34,935 bases of DNA from Paecilomyces variotii (lineage: Eukaryota): the NCBI GenBank assembly GCA_004022145.1, contig RCNU01000006.1; one strand, written 5' to 3'. Made by a program: the position numbers and the translations under genes. Every line of letters begins with the position of its first letter. The first letter of the stretch is position 1. The notes under the pieces are model-generated. The model saw only the letters and a program-made list of their open reading frames with translations, was not told the DNA's origin and made no database searches. Shown one piece after another: positions 23,950 through 34,935 of this stretch.

Positions 23950-26900
23950 GGAGTCTCTATATTAGTTACTAATAACCCCCCTAAAATATAAGATATTAAA
24001 ATTATTAATAATTTGTAGATGCCTATAATAGGCTAGATATTACTAGCAGTAGATATTAATATCTCCCTTACTACTAATAGTAATACTAATATAATAATTC
24101 TAACCTTATTTTAAATATTAGTAGAAGACATAAATTAAGACTATAAAGATCGATTAATAGCTATTTTAGAGCTTACTTTAAATTCTTTTAACTTCTTTAC
24201 TAAAGCCTTACCTAGTTAATTATTAATAGCCCTAGTATTTAAATACCTAATTAGCTTACTATTAATAAGTTAATACTCTATACCTCTAATAAACTTAATT
24301 AAGATAGAAGAGAGTAATAGTCTTATTTAGGACTTATCTAACTATAATACTCTTACTAATAAGGGTAAAGCCTATATTATAAATATTAAAAGCAATAATA
24401 AGATAATAAGCAATTTTAGTTTTAATCTATTATTTTCTAATAAATTATTTAAGCAGGAAATTAATACCCCTAATCTAGATAGAGATAATAATAATTTTTA
24501 TAATTAAATTATTGCATCTATAAACTGTAAAACTCTTATAGCAATTACCTATAAGTTTACCTATTTATTACTTTATTTAATTAAGTTATTAATTAATTAG
24601 CAGCGCTCGACTTTATTAAGATTATATCTTATCCTTTATTTAACTTTAATAAAGCCTATAATATGCTTTATAAATAATACTATATTAATTATAGCAGTAA
24701 TAATTATCTATATAGAGATTATAGATTGAAACTTTTATAAAAATCTGAGACTCTTATAAGGACCTTTTATCTTAACTATCTTTATCTTATTAATAATTTA
24801 AACTATATATTTAATTATCTTAATAGCAATAATTTTCTATTTATAATTATCTTTACCTTCTACTACTAAAACTCTAAATATTAGCTAGATATTAGTAATC
24901 TTCTTTAATACTCTATATAAGGGCGCTACTTCTAATTAGCAGAAGATTATAAATAATTTATATAGTTTATTATTATATATAGGGGAGAGTTACTAAATAA
25001 AGCTATAATAACTGCTCTCTCCCTAAAATATATATAAATACTCGCAGATTATATCTGTTTTATTTTTAAAGAAGATGCTAAACTAATTATATATAATATT
25101 TTATATAAATAGCAGATCTTAGGACTTAATTCTGTAAGACTAAGTATATAATAATAATATTATTTCTAATAAATCTTTATTAATAAATAGGAGGGGTTCT
25201 TTCTATAATAGGAGGATATTCTAGCAGATAAATAATAATATAATATAATTTTAATCTTTTATATATATGCTTTCGGAGGTAATATTAACCTTAAATTATA
25301 TAAATATAACTTTATACCTAAGACAGAAAATGTTAATTTATTTTATAAAAGAAATTAAGATAATTTTATAATAAGTCTGCCCGCAGAGCTTTATTCTTTA
25401 CTAATATTTAAAAATTAGCCTATATCTTTAGAGCCTAAAAACCTATTAATACCTTTAGAATATAAAGATCTCTTTAAAACTATCTCTAATTTTAAAGGTA
25501 ATAGCAAAGTAATTAGCTCTATCTTAAATATATAATATTAATTATACTTAGACAGTATATTAGCTATATTAGATTTTAAGTTATATAAATATATTAATAT
25601 AAAATATATCTCTTATATTTTTTATAATATTACTATTAAATTATAATCTCTCTCTTATAAATACTTATTACTTCTTATTAATCTTCTAGCAATATAGGTT
25701 AAAGAATTTAATTTTTATAAAAATAAGTGTAGTATCTATCTATAGGCAATAAATATATATTAAAATAATTGCTAAATATCTTATCTTCTATTATTTCTAT
25801 AAATAGGAGTTATTATACTAGCCGCTAAATATATAGAGCAGTTAACCTAAGCAATATAAGTAATATAAATAATTAAATTCTAGGCATATAATATATAAAA
25901 GTATATTATCTAGTTTAATAAATAAGATCTTATAGTTATATAAGGGCTTACTATATTAATAATATGCCTACTGCTATTTATTCTTACTACCTAATTAATT
26001 AAGAACTACTATTAATATACTTTAGATAAAATAATAGAGTTAAGGTTAAGTAAGCCTGAGAATATCCTATAGGAAGAAATTTACTTACCCTTATTTAAAT
26101 CCTCCTCTAGTATTAATTATAATAATTATACCTATTAGCGTAAATAAGTATAATTATAATAGGTAATAAGAAGTAATTAGTATAGTTTATGAATAGAATA
26201 ATAGTTTATAATCCCTGTAAATAAATTTACTAGGCTAAAATCCTATTATAAAATAGCCTTTATACTGATTATCTATTTTATTAATATATTCCTCTATTAT
26301 ATAGATATATAGAAGGATCTTATTTAAGAAATCTCTTATAATATTAGTCTTTCTATTTATATTCCTTATTATAATTTAAAATTAGGAGTAATTTCTCTTA
26401 TACTAATAAATATTAAATCTACTATTAATATAGTAATCTAGATATTTCCTATAATTATAATCGCGTAACTTTATTTCTTTAAAATAATTTAGCTTAGCTT
26501 TTTATAGCAATAAACTTAAAATAAAAAGCTCGCCTTATAACTTATAGCGTAAGAGGCAGTTATAATTATTAATTATTTTAGCTACTATATTATTATTAGC
26601 GACTAATATATGCTATTATATTATATTCTATACTATATTAATTCTTAAGACTATCTATATTATTACTACTAGCTCTATATAGATCTAGATATTCTTTTGC
26701 TTACCTAACAGACCCTAGTATTAAATAAATAGCTCCTTATTAGGGATTTAGATAAGCCTTAGTTAATATATCTTAAGGCATTAATTATCTATTATAGTAA
26801 GTATATAGCTTAATATATCTATTAATAAATTGCTATAGAACAATTTATTAGACTTATATTAGGAGATTTTTTTTATTATAGACTTAATATTATAATATAG

Positions 26901-27550
26901 ATAGTGATTTTTTTTAATTATTTCTATGCTATCTATATATATAATTATATTATGCGATATTTATAGCAGTAAATAAAGGGATATAGTTATAATATCTATA
27001 TTATAATTATACAGAAGATTATTAATAACTATAAAAAGGACCTATAGCTATTAATATAATAGACCTACTTAAAGATATATTCTATTTATATATATAATTA
27101 TATTAATCTTAAGCATTAAGATCTAGATTAGGCGCTAAATACTAGCTATTAAATTCTTCTATTTAACTTTGCAGAGATCTTTTAAAAGATAGCTAATAAG
27201 TCTAAAACTATATATTCTATAGATCTCTTTATCTTCTCCTAATTAAACTAGTTCTAGTACTTTTATAGCATAATAATATATATTAAATATATTATTAAAC
27301 TAGCGGCTAGGCTAAAGACTATTATTTATCTTCTCTCTATAGCTATTTAATAAAGCTATATTTAGATATTCTCTAATCAGCTAAGCAGCGGGGTATTTTA
27401 TATAAATAGTTTTAAAGAGCTATATAAAACATAGTTACCTATAGTAGCGCCTTATAAGGGTTCTATAGTTTAACTATAGGTCTATATTTTCTTATAAATA
27501 AACATGCCTAAATAGATTATATCTGCATTTAATAAATATATTGTAAAATA
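23950..27550 (+). pseudogene. Large RIP-degraded gene of unknown function
   Basis: Long plus-strand de-RIP frames read as protein: 'LAALDFIEIASHPSFDFDEAYDML' (~24597-24670), 'GRYFQLAEDYE' (~24922-24955), 'GVVIPAAKHMEQL...IKFQAYNVQKH...QGLTTL' (~25806-25958), 'KLALATYGVR' (~26526-26555). It could be more than one gene, and the boundaries are approximate. Confidence 0.45.
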
Positions 27551-28279
27551 TAACTAGAATAATAATTATAATCTTACTAATTACTTCTAATATATTTAAG
27601 AGATTCTAACTTCTAACCTTAGATAGAAGAAATACTAACTTGCTATTATCTATACTACTGTCTTTATATATTATACTATTTAATTAGGGACTAATAAATA
27701 TAAGAAACTAAAGGTAAGTAAGAAGTCTATAAAGATCTAGATTAAAGAAAAGCTATAGATAAAAGATCCCTTCTAATAGGCGGTTATCTTTATTATTTAC
27801 CTAATATAGAAAATCTTTCTTAAATATTATAAACTAGAATAAGTGTTATAATTATAGTATATATAGGTCGATTTTAATAATAGACTTAGTTAGTTCTTAC
27901 TTTCTTATATATAATCTTTCCTATACTAATTAATCTTAATATATATAAGTTATTAAAAAGCAAAACTAAGTATTTTTATTTAATTAGAATAGCTAGAGAT
28001 ATATAGTAATTAAGCTAAATTATATATCTATAAGTTAATAGCTTGCCTATTCTCTGCCTATAAACTATATATTATATTTAAAATCCTATAATAGGAGCTA
28101 TAATATTAGATTTTTAAAATATTTATTCTAAACATAATAAAAATAGAAAATATAGTTTAATTAAATTGGTTTAAGTCTCTTTTAGATTTAAACATATAAT
28201 AGTATATAGAGTATAGACTTTTTATTAGTAAATTATATAATTTTATTATAATAAGTTCTCCTAGCGCCGCTTCTTTAAT

Positions 28280-28565
28280 TAAAAATAAGTTATTATTTAA
28301 ATAAGAAGTCTAGTTTCCTTTATAAGAGATAGTTATTACTTAGATAAAAATAATAATTAATTTCTCTTATAACAGAATAAGTTGTTATCTAGATAAGAAG
28401 CTAAAACTTTCCCTTAATAAAAGGATTATTACTTAAATAAAATTTCTCTTATAAAAGAATTATTACTTAAATAAGAATAATATTTAATTTCCCTTATAAG
28501 AGAATTATTATTTAAGTAAGAATAATATTTCCCTTATAAAAGAATTATTACCTAAATAAAAAGCT
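28280..28565 (+). repeat. Minisatellite, ~6 units of 40-47 bp (TTTCCCTTATAAGRGAA...TTATTACYTARATAAGAA)
   Basis: Visible tandem units of the same family as 29680-30425. Confidence 0.88.
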
Positions 28566-28654
28566 AGCTTAATCTTATAGTCTTAGAAACTATTATTAGA
28601 TTTTTAGCATTATCTATATCTTTACCTCCTTTAATATTACCTGATTATAGTAAT

Positions 28655-29395
28655 TATAAAACTATTACCTATATTACTAATAGTATAAAGGTTAAGACTA
28701 ATTATAATAAGTCTTAACCTTAACTGCTATATTAACTGTAAGATATTGCTATTTTATAATTATTACCTATATTACTAATAATATAAAGGTTAAGGCTAAT
28801 TATAATAAGTCTTATCCCTATATTATTATATTAGCTACTTAGGATATTACTGCTCTATAATATATTATTAATTATTTTATATTAGCTGCTTAAGATATTA
28901 CTGCTCTATAATTATTACTTATATTATTAATAGTATAAAGGTTAAGGCTAACTATAATAAGTCTTATCTATATACTGCTATATTAGCTGCTTAAGATACT
29001 GCTTTATAATTATTACCTATATTATTAATAATATAAAGGTTAAGGCTAATTATAATAAGTCCTATCCCTATATTATTATATTAACTGCTTAAGATATTGC
29101 TGCTCTACAGTATATTATACTTTATATTAGCTGTTTAAGATATTACTACTTTATAACTATTATCTTATTAGTAATAGTATAAAGGTTAAGGCTAATTATA
29201 ATAAGTCCTATATTATTATATTAGCTGCTTAGAATATTACTGCTCTATAATATATTACTAATTACTATTATATTAGCTGCTTAAGATATTATTACTCTAT
29301 AACTATTACCCTATTAATAATAATATAAAGGTTAAGGCTAACTATAATAAGTCTTATCCCTATACTACTATATTAGCTGCTTAAGATATTACCGC
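28655..29395 (+). repeat. Complex tandem repeat, 6 long units (98-152 bp) with an internal ~50-bp sub-repeat
   Basis: The anchor AAAGGTTAAG occurs at 28687, 28785, 28937, 29035, 29181 and 29327. The sub-unit TATATTAGCTGCTTAAGATATTACTGCTCTATAA occurs once or twice per unit. Confidence 0.9.
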
Positions 29396-29679
29396 TTATT
29401 ATAAGAAACTTAATATAATACTTTATATTAAAATCTATATTATCTGCTGTAAGAGTAGTTGCTATCTAATTAGATTTTATTATTTCTATATCTCTATTAT
29501 AGGTTAAATCTTAGTTATATTAAAGAGTATATATAGACTATACCTGCAAATATAGATAGAATAAATTATTTTTACCTAGTTTTCTCTCTTCTTTTTCTAA
29601 AAGATTTATTCTTAGTTTTAGATATTATGCAGCTTACTAGTATAAGCTATATAAATAATTAATAAAAAACTAAATTAAG

Positions 29680-30425
29680 ATAACTTTCTCTTATAAGGGA
29701 ATAATTATTACCCTAATAAAAAGTAATATTTCTCTTATAAGGGAATAAGGTATTATAAATAAGTAAGATTTTCCTTATAAGAGAATAATTATTACTTAAG
29801 TAAGAAGCGATATTTCCCTTATAAAAGAATAAATTATTACCTAAATAAGAAGCTAGCTTTCTCTTATAAGGGAATAATTATTACTTAAGTAAGAAGCGAT
29901 ATTTTTCTTATAAGGGAATAATTATTACCTAAGTAAGAAGTAATATTTCCCTTATAAAGGAATAAGTTGTTACCTAAGTAAAAAGCTAGCTTTCTCTTAT
30001 AAAAAAATAATTATTACCTAAATAAGAAGCGATATTTCCCTTATAAAAGAATAATTATTACTTAAGTAAAAAGCTATATTTCCCTTATAAAGGAATAATT
30101 ATTACCCTAATAAGAAGCTATATTTCCCTTATAAAGAAATAAGTTATTACTTAAGTAAAAAGTAATATTTCCTTTATAAGGGAATAATTATTACCTTAAT
30201 AAAAAGCTATATTTCCCTTATAAGAGAATAAGTTATTACCTAAGTAAGAAGCTAGCTTTCTCTTATAAGGGAATAAATTATTACCTAAGTAAGAAGCTAG
30301 CTTTCCCTTATAAGGGAATAAGTTATTACCTAAATAAAAAGCAATATTTCCCTTATATTATTTAAGTAAGAAGCAATATTTCCCTTATAAGGGAATAATT
30401 ATTATCTGAGTAAAAAGCTAGCTTT
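29680..30425 (+). repeat. Minisatellite, ~17 units of ~44 bp (TTTCCCTTATAAGGGAATAATTATTACCTAAGTAAGAAGCGATA)
   Basis: Directly visible. Each unit carries two palindromic cores, TTCCCTTATAAGGGAA and TTACCTARGTAA. Confidence 0.95.
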
Positions 30426-30829
30426 TATTTATAAGTAAATATAATCTATTTTTCTTAAGCTGACTATTATTATAATATATACCTGTTAATTATATAATTA
30501 GCTTATTTATCTTTACTTAATCTTTAGGATATTAAATTAAGCTATATTATATAACTAATACTTCTCTATATATTTATTTAATTATCTTAATCTAATCTTA
30601 TTTATTTAATTATCCTAATCTAATTCTTATTGCTTAATACTCTTTATCTAGTAATATATATATATAAATTATTTAGGTAATTTAATAGCGAGAATAAGAG
30701 ATATAAATATATTTTTTCCCCCTAGAATCTTTTACACTTCCCCTTAAAATCTTTCTCTTTTTATATCTTTATTTATTACTAAACTTAATATATCCCTTAA
30801 ATAACTTCTTTTATAGATAATAGTTAGTA

Positions 30830-32670
30830 ATTAATATAATATAGCCCTATAAATAATTACTGCTATTATATTTAATATGCCTTATTTTTATAATAGATTA
30901 CCTTAGCTAATCTAAGAGATCTTAAGCTAATATAGAGAAGACCTTTAGAGAACCTCTTCTCCTTAATATTATAACTATAAGCCGCAGGCTAATTCTTCTA
31001 AGAGTAAGTATTTTTAATCTCCTCTTCTTATATTATATTAATTGTAAATAGCTATAGATCTTATTATAGTCTCTTTTAAGCTTAATAATAAACTAGACCT
31101 AAAGAAGCTAATCTATAGGATTAAAAATCTTCTCCTTAAACTTCATTATATTATTATAGCATTTAAGAGTATACTAGAATAATTATCTATACTTTTAAAT
31201 AATAGATAAAAACTTTTTTATTTTTTCTTGCTATATTTTACTATATAAATATTTCTTTTTTAAATAGATTTTTCTTAATAAATATAGGTAATTAATTAGG
31301 CGGGATAATTTTTATTAGCTTTTTAATATTTTATCTAGCTATAGCCTCTTTCCCTATTATGTTTATTACTTAATTATTAACTATATCTATTAATTAAGAG
31401 AATAATTCTAAAGAAGTTATAGATACCTAATTAAATAAGTCCTCTTTATATATATAATATCGCTTAAGTTAAGACTTTAGATAAAACTAATTATATATAT
31501 TTATATTTATAGGGAGTAGGGCCCTGTATTCTATTAGCTATATTAATTATATTATTCTTATATTATTTTATAGTATATAATAACTTAAGGGTATATCCTT
31601 AAGGGCTAAATATACTAAATATTTAGATAAAAATAGCTTAGCGCACTATTAAGTTATGCAGCTTAAACTTAAACCCTAATAATTAGGAATTAAATAAATA
31701 TATAAGAGGTAGTTAATAAGAAAGAATTATTTCCCTTATTAGAGAAATTAGATAGAATAAGAAAAAGTTATTTCCCTTATAAGAGAAAAGCAAATAATCC
31801 TATTAATAATTAAAATGATTAATTATTTAGTATAAGAAATACTTATATAATTATTCCTACTATCTAGGAATATTATAGGTATTATTATTATACTTATTAT
31901 ATATATAATTTTCTCTTCCTCTTACTATCTTCGCCTACTCCTTATTACAGATAATATTAAGTTATTAATATTTTTATTTATAAGGTAATTTCCCCTATAA
32001 AAGAATTTATATAATATTAAAATCTAGAGTAATAATATAGATCTATCTATTATGCTCTTAAAGATAGTAAATAAATAATTAAACTAGACCTAATTATTCC
32101 TAAGTAAGATTAAATTAAAACTGTCTAAATCCCCTATAAAATCATTTTATTCCTTATCCTCTAAAGCATCTATTAAATCTATATTAAATTCTAGGATTAT
32201 ATCTTCTATAATTAGGGTAATATAGCTAATTTTAAGATTAGTTATAGAGAGGCTTTAAAAGATATCCTTATAAATTAATAATAGGTAGAGAATAATCTAA
32301 TATTAGTTTTACAGCTGCTAGGCTAAGAATAATAATATATTATTAGATTTCTATATCTTTAATAGCTAATATCTGTTTAAATAAGCTTAAATTATAATAC
32401 AGTTAAATCGACTTATAGGTTTATATTAGACTAGCTAGTATAAGAAGATATATTTAATAATTATATAATAAAAGCATATACTAAATATATTTATCTCTAA
32501 TTCTTGCTGTACTAATAATTAGTAACCTATATATATAACTTATTAGATTATATACTATAATTCTACTATAAATTATATAGTTTTTAGAACTCTATATATA
32601 TTTTGCGTTAAAGATATTCTCCTATAGCTATTTTAAGGCTATTAATACTACTATAGATATTATTTATCTG
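30830..32670 (-). pseudogene. Possible RIP-degraded gene(s), unknown function
   Basis: A minus-strand acceptor (TTTTTTTGCAG, ~32668-32679) and protein-like de-RIP frames ('LEMAMGEYLQRK', 'FELHDLIVRQAIL', 'KLMKIVPPDQLP'). No family recognised. Confidence 0.3.
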
Positions 32671-33279
32671 CAAAAAAAATAGAATATAGGATATTAATTA
32701 AATAAGAGGAAAAGAGCTGCTATTAGTATAAATACTAATACTAATAAAGATAAAAGAGGAATAGAATTTAAAATCTTAAAAAAAATTAGAAATTAATATT
32801 TATTTACTATTTTAAATGACTTAACTAAATAATAGATTACTATTCTTAAGATTAGGGCTAGGTAATTTTAGCTATTTATTAGGCCTGGCAATTAATTATA
32901 ATCTTAATATATCTCTTAATTAAGACTTTCTATTAAAACTAGGAGAGTTAATTCTTATACATAGACTAATCTAAGTATTTAATTAGCTTAAAGGATAAGT
33001 AATCTAATAATATAAGATAAATAAAGAATTAAATAGTAAATAAAGCAGCTAAATATAAATCCCCCTTTTTATCTCCTTAGATACCTCTTTTATTATTCTT
33101 TAACCCTTTTATAACCTAAAAATTCTACTTTTTATTATAATTATTTTTTACTTAGAATCTTTTTATTATAGCTTTTATATTAAAGTAATTATAAATTAAT
33201 CTTTTAGCCTCTAGCTATTTTAGTTATATTGTTTAAATTATTTATTTAATAAGTTTTAACTATATAAGATAAGATTTAG

Positions 33280-34800
33280 TAACTAATATAGGAAAGTCTT
33301 CTATTAATATTAATAACCTTTACTTATTATAATTCTAATATATTATTGCGAAGATCTAGTATCTTTAAGCCTTCGCTAACTATATAGTATATTAAAGATA
33401 TTCTATATTTATACTTAATTTAGGAATAATCTAACTAGTTTATTAGTATTTAAGCCGCCTTTCCTATTAATATAACCGATTATTTGCCCTTAAAAATATA
33501 TTAAACAAAGGTTATAAAATTAATATTTACCCTCTTTAGCTAGATAAAGATATTTTGCAGGCTATAAAGATAATATATATAGAGATTATTAATATATCTT
33601 TTTAAAAGGTACTTATATTAATACTTATAGATATTAATCTGTCTACTCTTCTAGAATATAATAGTAGATATAATTTTATCTTGTTAGATAATAATAATAA
33701 TATATTTAATCTTTTATTTAAAATCTTCCCTATCTTAGATATTAATTATTTGTTAGATTCTTTAAAATCCCTAATTTAAAGGCCCTATAGAATTTTATAT
33801 AGATTAGAGTATATATATAAATAATAAATTATAAATTCCCTTTATTAAGATACTATAGATTAATAGGTTTTCTCTTATATAATAAATTATAATATTAAGT
33901 TTAGTATAGAATTACCTATACCTTTCTTAAAATAAGCTCCTTTATTCTAATAATATAGTATATCTATATTTATAATTAGGTAGAATTATAAAATTATAAG
34001 TAGTATTATTATAAAGATTAAAATAATATTAAGACTATATTTATCTGCTTTATAATAGCTAAGCAAGAGATACTATATAAAAAGAACCTTATTTCCTACT
34101 AAATAGTAATATATATTTAATATAGCTAGTCTAGCTAATAGGGGAAATATAATATATATTTATATCCCCCTCTATAAGCACTACTATAAGTATATTACTT
34201 TCTATCTTAGGGTAAATATAAAAATAACTGCTAATAAGATTCCTTTTATATATAGCTTTATATATAAGGGCTTTTCTTATTATAGCCTTTTTAATTTATT
34301 ATATAATTAATTTTATATAATAATACTAGCAGGTAAAGATTAGTCCTAATTCCCTTATAAGAGAATTAACTAAGATAATTACTTAAATAGATAAAGCCTA
34401 TAATCTAATAAGATATACTCTTATATATAGATTTATTTACTAACTAAGCTATTTTAATATAATTACTATTAATCCGCTATTAATAAATATTTATACTAGA
34501 AGAAGTTATTATTTAATACTATTTAATATAGAAAGTCTCTTTATAATAAGATTCTGTAATTAAAATATAAGGACACTATTTAGTTATAAATAGCGACTAT
34601 AAATATTTATAATTAAAGTTAATTTAAGCTTATAGGTATTTAAGCGCAATATAAGTACTTAAGTATAATATATTTTAATTAGTTAGTGCCCTAAAGATTA
34701 TTATATTAATTTATGCTTTATATCTTTATACTAATAAACTGCAGATCTATAATCTATAGAATAACCTATATAATATCTTAATCGCGTATAATAGATATAT
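33280..34800 (+). pseudogene. Possible RIP-degraded intron-containing gene next to the telomere, unknown function
   Basis: De-RIP frame 'IAKIQYLQAFANHM...YSSRLSYQYNRLFALENVLNKG...KDILQAMK' (~33345-33570). Candidate introns start at ~33609 and ~34333, the latter containing TTCCCTTATAAGAGAA. Confidence 0.3.
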
Positions 34801-34841
34801 AAATTTAATTATTAATCTTTTATTCTAATTCTATTTCTTTA

Positions 34842-34935
34842 TTAGGGTTTAGGGTTTAGGGTTTAGGGTTTTAGGGTTTTAGGGTGAAGGTTTTAGGGTT
34901 TTAGGGTTTTAGGGTTTAGGGTTTAGGGTTTAGGG
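34842..34935 (+). repeat. Telomeric repeat tract (TTTAGGG / TTTTAGGG), right chromosome end
   Basis: One TTAGGG, six TTTAGGG, five TTTTAGGG and one TGAAGG unit. The G-rich strand runs 5'->3' towards the end of the sequence. Confidence 0.95.

Larger units (their letters stand above)
10420..34841. mobile_element. Large (~15 kb excluding the nested hAT) multi-gene DNA element of unresolved class (CACTA-like or Helitron-like), right end missing
   Basis: Abrupt junction with Gypsy pol at TACTAGGGAAAAAAAG (10420), followed by a GC-rich hairpin and a sub-terminal tandem array. The signature palindrome TTCCCTTATAAGGGAA occurs from 10529 to 34365 but not as a full copy in the Gypsy, Copia or hAT. The region is fully RIP-mutated, which implies it is repeated in the genome. 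I recognised no transposase or Rep/helicase motif, so both the class and the unity of the region are inferred. Confidence 0.55.

Noticed and set aside
29680-30425. CRISPR-like array (regular palindromic repeats)
   Set aside because: The linkers are short and themselves repeated rather than unique spacers, the context is eukaryotic, and no cas genes are present.
30709-30726. TATTTTTTCCCCCTAGAA as the right TIR matching 10420-10437
   Set aside because: It matches only in purine/pyrimidine space and has a transversion in the terminal bases. There is no TSD, the Gypsy does not resume after it, and the element's palindrome continues to 34365.
31662-31679. Degenerate inverted telomeric repeat CTTAAACTTAAACCCTAA
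   Set aside because: Too short and degenerate, and it lies within a coding-like minus-strand frame.
30430-34841. Telomere-linked RecQ helicase (TLH) or Helitron Rep/PIF1 gene near the telomere
   Set aside because: I found no Walker A, DExH or HUH-type motif on either strand, even after mental de-RIP. A profile search could still overturn this.
1-34841. Functional protein-coding genes or an alternative genetic code with TAA/TAG read-through
   Set aside because: The stops fall where CAA/CAG/CGA/TGG codons are expected in conserved TE motifs and are accompanied by other C>T and G>A changes. They are RIP products, so all genes are called pseudogenes.
1-34935. Plasmodium, plant or algal origin suggested by AT-richness and TTTAGGG/TTTTAGGG repeats
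   Set aside because: The AT-richness has the RIP signature (TpA excess, CpA/TpG loss, transition-only LTR divergence). The short introns with CTAAY branch sites and the Gypsy and hAT motifs are fungal-type.

Overview
This window is the right-hand end of a fungal chromosome, most likely a filamentous ascomycete. It is made almost entirely of transposons destroyed by Repeat-Induced Point mutation (RIP): very AT-rich, TpA in excess, CpA/TpG nearly absent, and no intact long ORF. All protein readings are my manual de-RIP translations (TA back to CA/TG), not database hits. From left to right: (1) a minus-strand Ty3/Gypsy remnant (1-10419), interrupted by (2) a full-length Ty1/Copia element (664-5942; 275-bp LTRs, CTTAG TSD). 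(3) A large multi-gene element of unknown class starts at ~10420 with a CACTA-like or Helitron-like terminus. It carries the dispersed palindrome TTCCCTTATAAGGGAA and several minisatellite arrays, and appears to run up to the telomere. (4) Nested inside it is an 8.9-kb hAT transposon (14050-22958; 8-bp TSD) carrying a transposase, a ParB/DUF3723-like cargo gene and ~18 copies of its own palindrome CTAACTTAAGTTAG, many of them in introns. (5) A T3-4AGGG telomere (34842-34935). The most interesting signal is that two nested DNA elements each carry a different, element-specific ~16-bp palindrome in introns and non-coding DNA, and one of them also encodes a ParB-like protein.
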